Shown here: piece after piece, positions 7,566-15,402 of the stretch
Position numbering within the stretch: position 1 is the stretch's first letter
Layout: the number at the start of each line of letters is the position of its first letter
From: a bacterium
GTDB lineage: Bacteria; Hinthialibacterota; Hinthialibacteria; Hinthialibacterales; Hinthialibacteraceae
Direction: 5' to 3'
NCBI GenBank assembly: GCA_041946805.1
Contig: JBHGBC010000148.1
Span: 1-15,403, forward strand
Length of the DNA: 15,403 bases
Translations under genes and position numbers: made by a program
Notes under the pieces: generated by a model
The model's database searches: none
What the model was told of the DNA's origin: nothing
What the model saw: only the letters and a program-made list of their open reading frames with translations

Positions 7566-8243
7566 ATGAAAAGGTCCGGCTTTACCCTGATCGAACTTCT
7601 CATCGTCGTCGCCATCATCGGCATATTGGCCGCCATTGCGGTTCCGAACTTTCTGAACGCCCAGATCCGCGCCAAGGTGGCGCGTTCGTACGCCGACATG
7701 CGGTCCACGGTCACGGCGATCGAACAGTTGCGTCTCGACAAGGGAGTTCTACTGGTCGATTTCTGGGATGACAGCGGCAGCGACTGGGGATACAAGCGGA
7801 TTCGCGAAGTCTTCAACGGGGTGGGTGACGTGCCCGAGGCCACGCGGCGGCAGATTCACGTTCTGGCGCCTCTCACCAGCCCGGTGGCGTATATGTCCTC
7901 CATCCCCCGGGATCCCTTCTGCCCCACCGTTCTGCGGGCCGAGTCCGGCGGTCACTCCGAGCGGTTCGGCCTGACCGGTAACGATGTGTATTACTATGCC
8001 GACAATGATCCGCAAACTCCGGGAACCGATTACGGGGACACGCGGTACGAACCGGCCTTGAAAGAAGGAGATTACATGCTCATGGCTTTTGCCCCCGCCG
8101 CCGAGAAAATGTACGGGGGCAGCAACGGCATCCGCTACGGGATTCCCTATGATGTGTCCAACGGACTGGTGAGCATCGGCGACATCATGATGCGGTCGGG
8201 CGGCGGACCGGTGCGCGTCAACCCACTGGGCGGGCGGGGCTGA
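7566..8243 (+). CDS. Prepilin-type N-terminal cleavage/methylation domain protein (GspG-like pseudopilin / type IV pilin)
   Basis: Start moved to the ATG at 7566 (GGAGGA at 7550-7555); 225 aa. Class III signal MKRSG|FTLIELLIVVAIIGILAAIAVPNF with Glu at +5. Later motifs LTSPVAYMSSIPRDPF and YDVSNGLVSIGDI. Confidence 0.92.
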   Translation: MKRSGFTLIELLIVVAIIGILAAIAVPNFLNAQIRAKVARSYADMRSTVTAIEQLRLDKGVLLVDFWDDSGSDWGYKRIREVFNGVGDVPEATRRQIHVLAPLTSPVAYMSSIPRDPFCPTVLRAESGGHSERFGLTGNDVYYYADNDPQTPGTDYGDTRYEPALKEGDYMLMAFAPAAEKMYGGSNGIRYGIPYDVSNGLVSIGDIMMRSGGGPVRVNPLGGRG

Positions 8244-8390
8244 TCCTTGAAACGGTATTTACCGCGGCTGGCTTTCTGAAAGGGGATGGATTGCCGCGCG
8301 GCGCGGCGGCCGTCCTCGTTCCAACATACCATCCCATGTTTCCCTCACTCCGCCGGGAGGTAGACGCTCCGGCGGGGGAAGGATTATTTC

Positions 8391-8641
8391 GGTTCATCCG
8401 ACAAGTGCGTACAGAAGGGGGAAAATCGTATTTCAATTCCCTGACTCTGAACCGAAGGAAAATAATTACCTTCCTCCCCCCGCGTTTAGGAACCCGCCAA
8501 AGGGATCGACACCGAGGAAAAGTTTTCCCTCACCCTCACCCTCTCCCAGAGGAAGAGGGGATTTAGGGTAGATCTCTCCCACCCGTCGAATCGATGACCG
8601 GTCACGCTCCCGGAAAAATGTACGCACTGATCGGAGGAACC
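8391..8641. mobile_element. 251-bp MITE-like element of the same TIR family
   Basis: Left GGTTCATCCGACAAGTGCGTAC (8391-8412); right GTACGCACTGATCGGAGGAACC (8620-8641), 19/22 complementary. No recognisable TSD. Confidence 0.7.
8525..8563 (-). repeat. BoxC-like repeat inside the second MITE
   Basis: TTCCCTCACCCTCACCCTCTCCCAGAGGAAGAGGGGATT; its reverse complement nearly matches copies 1 and 2. Confidence 0.85.
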
Positions 8642-8719
8642 AATTGACGGTTTGATATCTTGTGGCCTCCCATCGCGGCTTTCATCGCCAATATCTCGTT
8701 TTTCCCCTACGAATTCATC

Positions 8720-8748
8720 TTTACAATTTTCTCTTTCCTCGATAAATT
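8720..8748 (+). promoter_or_regulatory. Candidate sigma70-type promoter for 8826..10481
   Basis: TTTACA-17 nt-TAAATT in the AT-rich region upstream of the RBS. Confidence 0.35.
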
Positions 8749-8825
8749 CATTTCATTCCATGGACCGGTTAATCATATAACTTGCCGGTTCCAATGATAT
8801 TTCTTTATTCACGGGAGGTAGAAAG

Positions 8826-10481
8826 ATGATAAACACAAAGGGAATGATCTTGTTCATGACATTGTGTGTCATGGTCTTGCCGGGGTATGCCCAATACGGC
8901 ATCTTCGACAAGACCGCGGATTGGGGCGGTACCGATTCTCCACCCCAGCGGGGCAGTTTCAAGGTTCCGGGAAGCGTGACCATCGCGGGCAGCGGCGCCG
9001 GCGCGGTGTACGACCTGCAAGGGAATGGCGACGACATCTGGGACAACAACGACGAAGGCTTTTTCGTGTACACGGAGAAAGCCGGCAGCTGGCGGCTAAC
9101 GGCCAAAGTCCAATGGATCTACAACGGCGGCGGCAATGAGTGGGCCAAAGCCGGCGTGATGATGCGCGAGACCGGCAACTCGGCCACGTCCCGCCATTAC
9201 TGGATCGAATTGCGCGCCGGCACCTCGAGCACGGGAGACCGGACGGACACGCAATGGCGGACGACGACCGGCAGCACTTCTCTCAATACGCAGATCTTAG
9301 AGAACGGCGCGGATGTGGCCGATCCCGGCGACGGGCTGTATTTGCGCATCACCCGGTACGCGGAGATCGATCTCGTCGTGAGCGAATATTCGGTGGATGG
9401 AACCAACTGGGTGGTCGCCCACAGTATGATCATGGACTTTCCCGATTCGATCGCGTGGGGATTGGCCATCACCAACCATAACGACGTTGATGATCTCGCC
9501 GAGGCCACCCTCTCCAATGTTTCGCTGGAGCAGGTGGAAGGAAATCCCTTCACGGTCACCCGCTCGATGAGCGCAAAAACCTTTGCGCCGGGGCAAACGA
9601 TCACGACTACGTTGAAAATCCAAAATATGGCCAGTGCCGCGTCCAACGTTACCATTACCGAAACCCCGCCTGCCGGTTTCGCGATCAGCGAGATCAGCAA
9701 TGGGGGTACGGAGAGCGGCGGCGTGATTTCATGGTCCCTGTCCGCTTCGCCAGGCGAAACACTGCTGACCTACAAGGTCACCGTGCCCGCCAGCTACGAT
9801 CCCAAGGTTTCCGGCTACCGCGCGCAATGGTCGGGCACCGATGGCGTGTTGAATATATTTGGAACCACGAGTATGTTTTTGGTGGATGTGAGCGTGGGCG
9901 AAACATTGTTCTCGTTCGATTTTGAAAATGCGAACCAACTCGACCAGTGGGAAGACTTGGCCGGCGTGTTCGACATTGCCAATGGGCAGTTTTTTGAAAT
10001 TGATGACGCGGGCGGCCCGCTGGTGACCCTCACCGGGGATCCCACGCTGACCGATGTCGCCGTCACCGTCAAAGGCATGGGCCTGGTGGCGGACGCCGAC
10101 TGGGGTATCGTGGTCCGATGCACCGATCTGGGCAACATGTATTCCTGGCAATTCGTGAATGGCTATTTGAGGGTGCTCAGTTATGTAGGAGGCACTCGGA
10201 CGGAACCCCTCGGCGTTGACATAACCTATGCCGAGGAGTTGAACGTTTGGCGTGAATTCACTCTCATTGTGAAGGGAAATGTCCTCTACGCGTTCTTTGA
10301 TGGGGTATGCCAAGGAGTCGTAGTGGATGACAACCTGACGGAAGGCCAAGTGGGCCTGTTCGGCTGGGTCAACTCGGGAACCGACTTGAGCAACGTGCCC
10401 GGCGGCATTGCCTTCGATGATTTCGTCGTCTCCAAGGTGGGAGGCGCGCCCGTGGGCGTGGAGCAATGGTCCTTGTATTGA
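8826..10481 (+). CDS. Secreted multidomain protein: ConA-like 'DIW' domain, Ig-like domain, second ConA-like (DUF1080-like) domain, short C-terminal tail
   Basis: 551 aa; GGAGG RBS at 8814-8818; signal peptide ending PGYA|Q. Motifs GNGDDIWDNNDEGFFVY, WAKAGVMMRE, ITETPPAGFAISEISNGG, DWGIVVR...GQVGLF. Fold assignments are by motif resemblance only. Confidence 0.75.
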   Translation: MINTKGMILFMTLCVMVLPGYAQYGIFDKTADWGGTDSPPQRGSFKVPGSVTIAGSGAGAVYDLQGNGDDIWDNNDEGFFVYTEKAGSWRLTAKVQWIYNGGGNEWAKAGVMMRETGNSATSRHYWIELRAGTSSTGDRTDTQWRTTTGSTSLNTQILENGADVADPGDGLYLRITRYAEIDLVVSEYSVDGTNWVVAHSMIMDFPDSIAWGLAITNHNDVDDLAEATLSNVSLEQVEGNPFTVTRSMSAKTFAPGQTITTTLKIQNMASAASNVTITETPPAGFAISEISNGGTESGGVISWSLSASPGETLLTYKVTVPASYDPKVSGYRAQWSGTDGVLNIFGTTSMFLVDVSVGETLFSFDFENANQLDQWEDLAGVFDIANGQFFEIDDAGGPLVTLTGDPTLTDVAVTVKGMGLVADADWGIVVRCTDLGNMYSWQFVNGYLRVLSYVGGTRTEPLGVDITYAEELNVWREFTLIVKGNVLYAFFDGVCQGVVVDDNLTEGQVGLFGWVNSGTDLSNVPGGIAFDDFVVSKVGGAPVGVEQWSLY

Positions 10482-10545
10482 TCCAGGGATCGAACGTTGG
10501 AACTTCAATCGGATTTATCCCTTACGGAAGTATGACTTTTTGATC

Positions 10546-10578
10546 CAAGGGCGGGGACAATTCCCCGCCCTTGCTTTT
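10546..10578 (+). terminator. Probable intrinsic terminator after 8826..10481
   Basis: Perfect 12-bp stem CAAGGGCGGGGA-CAAT-TCCCCGCCCTTG followed by CTTTT. Confidence 0.7.
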
Positions 10579-10736
10579 GCTTATTCTGGCTGCCTGCCAT
10601 GTGCGAGACCTGCCGGATTTATTCCATCCTAATTTTGGATACAATCAAATAAAAATCCCGCAAAGGAATCCAAGCCTCTGGACAAGATGACATTTTTCCA
10701 ATATGAAGATATATTTGAATTGCCTCAGTATAAAAA

Positions 10737-10760
10737 ATTCTATCGATTATTCGATAGAAT
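10737..10760. promoter_or_regulatory. Perfect AT-rich palindrome, candidate operator
   Basis: ATTCTATCGA-TTAT-TCGATAGAAT (10-bp arms, 4-nt spacer), 16 nt upstream of the RBS of 10792..13407. Confidence 0.5.
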
Positions 10761-10791
10761 CATCATCACCACTAAGGGAGGTAAGTTGCGT

Positions 10792-13407
10792 ATGTGGAAG
10801 AAGGTTTATGGCAGCCTGTTCATGGTGCTAAGTGTACTGGTCTTGCCGGGTTACGCGCAGTATGGCGTATTCGACAAGACCGCGGACTGGGGCGGGACCG
10901 ATTCCCCACCGAGGCGGGGTACGTACAAGGTTCCGGGCAGCGTGGTCTTCGCCAACGGGGTGTATACCCTGCAGGGCAACGGGGACGACATCTGGGACAA
11001 CAATGATGAAGGCTTCTTCGTCTACACGGAGAAAGCCGGGAGCTGGAGCCTGAGTGGCAAGGCGCACTGGCTGGACAGCGGCGGCGGGAACGAATGGGCC
11101 AAAATCGGCGTCATGATCCGGGAAATCGGCCCAAAGGCCGGCTCGCGTCATTACTGGACGGCGCTGCGCACCGGCACCGCGGGCACGGGAGACCGGACGG
11201 ACGCCCAGTGGCGCAACGTGGCCGACGCGGCCTCGGGCAACGTGGAGATCCGCACGCCGGACAACCTCGCCGTGGATGACAAGGGCGATGGGGTATGGCT
11301 GCGCGTATCCCGTATTGCCGGAGTGAATCTCGTGCTGGCCGAATATTCGTACGACGGTGTCAATTGGGTGTTCGGGCACATCCAGCAGATGGCCTTTCCG
11401 GAAACCGTGGCGTATGGCTTGGCCATCTCCAACCATTTGGACAACGAATTGTTGGCGGAAGGCACGGTCAGCGAGGTGAAATTGGAAAGCACCGTGCCGG
11501 CGGCGGGATACCGGACGCTTTCGCTCGAGGATCCCGTCTACTCCGCCGGGGAGCCCATCACGGTCACGCTGGCCGTGGGCGGCGGCACGGGATCCATCAC
11601 CGTGGAAGAGACGCCACCGGCAGGCTGGGTGATCAGCCAGATCTCCAACGGCGGGACGGAGAGCGGCGGGAAGATCACCTGGACCTTGACCGCGGCCACA
11701 ACCCTCACCTACGTGGTGACGCCGCCGGCGGGCGCGTCCGGCGATGTCACCTTCACCGGTAAAGTGGGAAGCACTCCCATAGCGGGGGCCAACGCCATCA
11801 GTTCTCCCAAGCCGGCCGGGATTTTCGACAACCACCTGGACATCGGTGCGGTAGGCGCGGCTGGAAATGCGGAATATGACGACACCACCAAAATGTACAC
11901 GGTGACCGGCAGCGGCGCGGACATTTGGGACATCGCCGACCAGTTCCATTTCCTGTACAAAAAACTGTCGGGCGCGTTCTCGATGCAAGCGACGATCTAC
12001 GCGTACAACGACACCAGCACCAACGAATGGTCGAAAGCCGGGATCATGGTGAGGGACAACCTGACACCGGGTTCGCCCCATATTCAGGGCATCGTACGCG
12101 GCAGCGACATGCAATACGATACCCAATGGCGGCCCGCGCAGGGCAGCGCTTCCTCCAATCTCGGGCTGAAAACCGATGCCACCGGCGACATCCGGGTGGT
12201 GCGCAACGGCAATACTTTCCAGGTGTATTACATGAACAATGCCGGGGATTGGGTGCTCGACAGCACGCAGACGATCCCCATGACCGATCCCGTGTACGTG
12301 GGTTTCGCGGTCACGTCACATGAAAATCCGAATTACAGCGTCGGCGAGTACACCAATGCCAATCTCACCCTGTATCCCTTCCAGGTACTCAAGTCGTTCT
12401 CCGCGGAAGAAGTCAACCAGGGTGAATCCATCGATGTCGTCCTAACCGTGGAAGTGCGGGAAGGCCAGCCATCCAACATCACCATCAAGGAGACCTACTC
12501 CCCGGGGGCCAACGTAAGCCAAATCACCCCCAGCGCGGGCCAGGCCACCGATGACCAGAACGGGACGATCACTTGGACCCTGACCGGCGCCACGAGCACC
12601 GTCACGTTGCAGTACACGCTGAACGTGCCCAGCGATTACGCCGGTCCCTTCGTCAGCGTCAGCGGCACGTTCGATGACGGGAAGGGCTACACCGGCAGCA
12701 CGGGCAGCAAGGACACCCCGGTCAAGGCCGTCGATCTGGGCATCTTCCAAGGCCACCAGGACATCGGCAATCCCGGCGCGCGGGGGAACGTCAAGTTCGA
12801 TGGGACGACCTGGCAGGTGGTGGGCAGCGGTCACGACATTTGGGACGCGGCCGATGATTTCCATTACCTCTGGATGCGCGTGTCCGGCGATTTCACCTTC
12901 AGCATTGACGAACCGTACATCGGCGCTTTCGGCGCGGTGCCCAGCACCAACGATTGGCAAAAAATGGGCATCATGGTCCGCCAGGAGCTGACGGCGCCCT
13001 CGGCCTATGTCTACGGCGGCCTGCGCAGCTCGGACCAAGGCCTGATCCTGCAATGGCGGGATTCCAGCGGCGGCAGCGCGACATGGGAGGATGTCACGAC
13101 CGCGGCCTCGGATTGGAATCCAAATTACGATCCCAATTCGGCCGGCATCAACAATCCCCGGCTGGACCAAGTGAAACTGGGCGGGACCATCAAGCTGACC
13201 CGCGAGGGGGATCTGTTCACCCTGTGGTATGTCATCGACGGGCAGGATACGTTTCAGCATGACCATACCCTGATTTTGAGCGATCCCATTTACCTGGGTA
13301 TCGCGGTGACCTCGCATCAAACCGGCGCTACGTCGCAGGGCCTCTTCAAAAATCCGAAATTCGAAGGGACCGTGGTCGGCGTGAAAGACTGGATGCTGCA
13401 TCAATAG
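10792..13407 (+). CDS. Secreted multidomain protein: three ConA-like 'DIW' repeats alternating with two Ig-like domains; paralog of 8826..10481
   Basis: Start moved to the ATG at 10792 (GGAGG at 10777-10781; signal MWKKVYGSLFMVLSVLVLPGYA|Q); 871 aa. Three repeats with G[VI]F....D[WI]G, G.G.DIWD..D, W.K.G[VI]M[IV]R and G.A[IV][ST].H. Confidence 0.8.
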   Translation: MWKKVYGSLFMVLSVLVLPGYAQYGVFDKTADWGGTDSPPRRGTYKVPGSVVFANGVYTLQGNGDDIWDNNDEGFFVYTEKAGSWSLSGKAHWLDSGGGNEWAKIGVMIREIGPKAGSRHYWTALRTGTAGTGDRTDAQWRNVADAASGNVEIRTPDNLAVDDKGDGVWLRVSRIAGVNLVLAEYSYDGVNWVFGHIQQMAFPETVAYGLAISNHLDNELLAEGTVSEVKLESTVPAAGYRTLSLEDPVYSAGEPITVTLAVGGGTGSITVEETPPAGWVISQISNGGTESGGKITWTLTAATTLTYVVTPPAGASGDVTFTGKVGSTPIAGANAISSPKPAGIFDNHLDIGAVGAAGNAEYDDTTKMYTVTGSGADIWDIADQFHFLYKKLSGAFSMQATIYAYNDTSTNEWSKAGIMVRDNLTPGSPHIQGIVRGSDMQYDTQWRPAQGSASSNLGLKTDATGDIRVVRNGNTFQVYYMNNAGDWVLDSTQTIPMTDPVYVGFAVTSHENPNYSVGEYTNANLTLYPFQVLKSFSAEEVNQGESIDVVLTVEVREGQPSNITIKETYSPGANVSQITPSAGQATDDQNGTITWTLTGATSTVTLQYTLNVPSDYAGPFVSVSGTFDDGKGYTGSTGSKDTPVKAVDLGIFQGHQDIGNPGARGNVKFDGTTWQVVGSGHDIWDAADDFHYLWMRVSGDFTFSIDEPYIGAFGAVPSTNDWQKMGIMVRQELTAPSAYVYGGLRSSDQGLILQWRDSSGGSATWEDVTTAASDWNPNYDPNSAGINNPRLDQVKLGGTIKLTREGDLFTLWYVIDGQDTFQHDHTLILSDPIYLGIAVTSHQTGATSQGLFKNPKFEGTVVGVKDWMLHQ

Positions 13408-13430
13408 CCGTTTACGTGTCTGAATGACGG

Positions 13431-13464
13431 AAAGCCCGGAACGTTTTGTTCCGGGCTTTTTTTT
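13431..13464 (+). terminator. Intrinsic terminator after 10792..13407
   Basis: AAAGCCCGGAAC-GTTTT-GTTCCGGGCTTT ending in a T8 run, 23 nt after the stop codon. Confidence 0.9.
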
Positions 13465-13490
13465 ATCCGATCCGCGCATTCAAAAACGTG

Positions 13491-13516
13491 AATCCCTCCC
13501 CGGGAGCGGGGTGAGG
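13491..13516 (+). repeat. Eroded BoxC-like remnant
   Basis: AATCCCTCCCCGGGAGCGGGGTGAGG keeps the AATCCC start and GGGTGAGG end, with internal deletions. Confidence 0.4.
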
Positions 13517-13637
13517 AGACGCTTTTCGTCATGCAGCCGCCTGGCTGATTGCCTGCCACTCTCTTGCCTCTCTACTCCTTTTATATTCAAATGGATCATG
13601 ATCGGTATTCAACCAGATTCTTGAAACAGGTGATCCC

Positions 13638-14924
13638 ATGAAACACGTCATGATTTGTCTGTCTCTCGCCCTGGCCGCCGGGCTGACCGGGTCCGCGGAG
13701 GACGCGGCCGGTCCCCTCGTGCTCACATCCGTCATCGAGCACGGGGCGGTCCCGGACGGCCAGACCGATTGCACCGCGGCGTTTCAAAAGGCGCTGGATT
13801 TCGCGGCGGAAAAAGGCGGCGGGGTGGTGGCCGTGCCTTCCGGCCAGTATCGATTCACCGGAAACCTCGTAGTGCCGCCCGGCGTGACCCTGCGGGGCGT
13901 GTGGGAATCGATGCATCACGCGGACATCGGCCGTGGCAGCCAATTGTTCGTGGCGGGGGGCAAGGGCCGGGAAGACGGCGATCCGTTCATCCTGTTGCAG
14001 CAGAGTAGTTGCCTGCGCGGGCTGACGATCTTTTACCCGGAGCAGAATGTCGAATCCATCCACCCGTATCCGTGGACCATCCGGGGCAAGGGCATGTTCT
14101 GCAGCGTGATCGACGTGACCCTGGTAAATCCCTACCGCGGGATCGATTTCGGCACCGAATCCACCGAGCTGCATCATATCCGCAACCTCTTCGGCTGCCC
14201 GTTGCGCGAGGGGATCTATATCAACCGGACTACGGACATCGGGCGCATCGAAAACGTGCATTTCAATCCCCACGCCTGGGCGCGGGCGGCGGTACCCAAT
14301 CCCCCCCGCGAGGGCGGCAAGGCCTGGGAAGCGTTGCTGAAATACCTGCCTGAAAACCTGGTGGGCTTCCGCATCGGGAGGACGGACTGGGAGTATATGG
14401 TGAATTGCTTTGTGATTTTCGCGAAGATCGGATTCCATTTCGTCCGCACCGAGGCGGGCGAGCCGAACGTCGATCTCACGCAATGCGGGTCGGATATCGG
14501 CCCGGTGGCGGTGCGCGTGGACGCTTCGCAATCGCACGCCGGCCTGGCGTTTTCCAACTGCCAGATGATGGCCGGCATCGAGGTGAGCGAGACCAACCAC
14601 GGCCCGGTGAAGTTCTCCAACTGCGGCTTCTGGGGGATCTCCACCACCGATCATCACGCCCAGATCGCGGGCCCGGGCACGGTGATTTTCACCTCGTGCC
14701 ATTTCCAAGGCTGGGCGCGGAAAAATCCGGACGCGCCGTGCATCGTGGCGCGCGGCGGCCGCTTGATCCTCAACGGCTGCGCCTTCCTGGACGAGAACAA
14801 AAAACACGTCCGCCTGGAGAGCGGGGTTCTGTCCGCCGCGATCTTCGGCAACCAATTCACCGGCGGCGCGAAGATTGAAAATCTATCAAAAGGCCATGTC
14901 GAAATCGGATTGAATATTGATTAA
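13638..14924 (+). CDS. Secreted right-handed beta-helix protein (Pectate_lyase_3 / GH28-related N-terminus)
   Basis: 428 aa; signal peptide. Motif VIEHGAVPDGQTDCTAAFQKALD...GGGVVAVPSGQY...VPPGVTLRG, followed by beta-helix-like repeats (IENVHF, FSNCQ, FSNCGF, FTSCHF, LNGCAF). Confidence 0.82.
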   Translation: MKHVMICLSLALAAGLTGSAEDAAGPLVLTSVIEHGAVPDGQTDCTAAFQKALDFAAEKGGGVVAVPSGQYRFTGNLVVPPGVTLRGVWESMHHADIGRGSQLFVAGGKGREDGDPFILLQQSSCLRGLTIFYPEQNVESIHPYPWTIRGKGMFCSVIDVTLVNPYRGIDFGTESTELHHIRNLFGCPLREGIYINRTTDIGRIENVHFNPHAWARAAVPNPPREGGKAWEALLKYLPENLVGFRIGRTDWEYMVNCFVIFAKIGFHFVRTEAGEPNVDLTQCGSDIGPVAVRVDASQSHAGLAFSNCQMMAGIEVSETNHGPVKFSNCGFWGISTTDHHAQIAGPGTVIFTSCHFQGWARKNPDAPCIVARGGRLILNGCAFLDENKKHVRLESGVLSAAIFGNQFTGGAKIENLSKGHVEIGLNID

Positions 14925-15033
14925 TGTTGGATTGAAGCGGGGCACGCGGCCACGCGCCTGGGTTCTATTGAGTTTTTTCAATAAGCCTGAAACAGCCATC
15001 GGCGGTACGGGTGGAAAATCGTTCCGCCCTCCG

Positions 15034-15402
15034 CTAATAGGGGAACTCGTACAACAACGGGGAGGCGGTTTGCCGGGGACGGACCAGGCTCAAACCCTGC
15101 GTAAGCAAATCTAAAAAACTGTATTCGCGCTTTTTGTGCTCGACCACGGCAGGTTTGCCGGAGATCCCCGCCAGTTTGCCGGCGAGGGCGATCGCGTCGT
15201 CCAGGCCGCCGATTTCATCCACCAGGCCGATTTCCTTCGCCTGCCGGCCGGTGTACACCTTGCCTTCCGCGATAGCCCGGGCCAGGGCGGTGAGAATTTC
15301 CTGGCTGGGTTCCGGCTCGGCCGCCACCGGAGGCGTCGTGTCCTCAATTGCGGGCGTCGCGGGACTCCCGGAATCGACCGCGGCCGTGGCGGGACTCACG
15401 GG
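15034..15402 (-). CDS. sppA: Signal peptide peptidase SppA (peptidase S49), C-terminal part; truncated by the window edge
   Basis: The frame is open to the window end. S49 C-terminal signature IAEGKVYTGRQAKEIGLVDEIGGLDDAIALAGKLAG. Confidence 0.85.
   Translation of the reverse strand, partial: PVSPATAAVDSGSPATPAIEDTTPPVAAEPEPSQEILTALARAIAEGKVYTGRQAKEIGLVDEIGGLDDAIALAGKLAGISGKPAVVEHKKREYSFLDLLTQGLSLVRPRQTASPLLYEFPY

Noticed and set aside
8341..8383. GC-rich hairpin downstream of the pilin gene as a terminator
   Set aside because: The stem is imperfect with only a weak T-tract, so it is not called with confidence. The same applies to the hairpins at about 14957-15033.
8291..8566. Short intergenic ORFs (also 1858-2052 and 4638-4820) containing PHPHPLP/PSPLPSP-like peptides
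   Set aside because: These are translations of the BoxC-like/MITE repeats, with no other sign of coding.
48..8641. Possible CRISPR array from the recurring 22-43-bp repeats
   Set aside because: Copies are dispersed, occur in both orientations and lack regular spacers; no cas genes are present.
10687..10791. N-terminal extension of the 906-aa ORF call (likewise 7524-7565 and 7299-7343)
   Set aside because: The downstream ATGs have GGAGG-type RBSs and place the signal peptides at the N-terminus.
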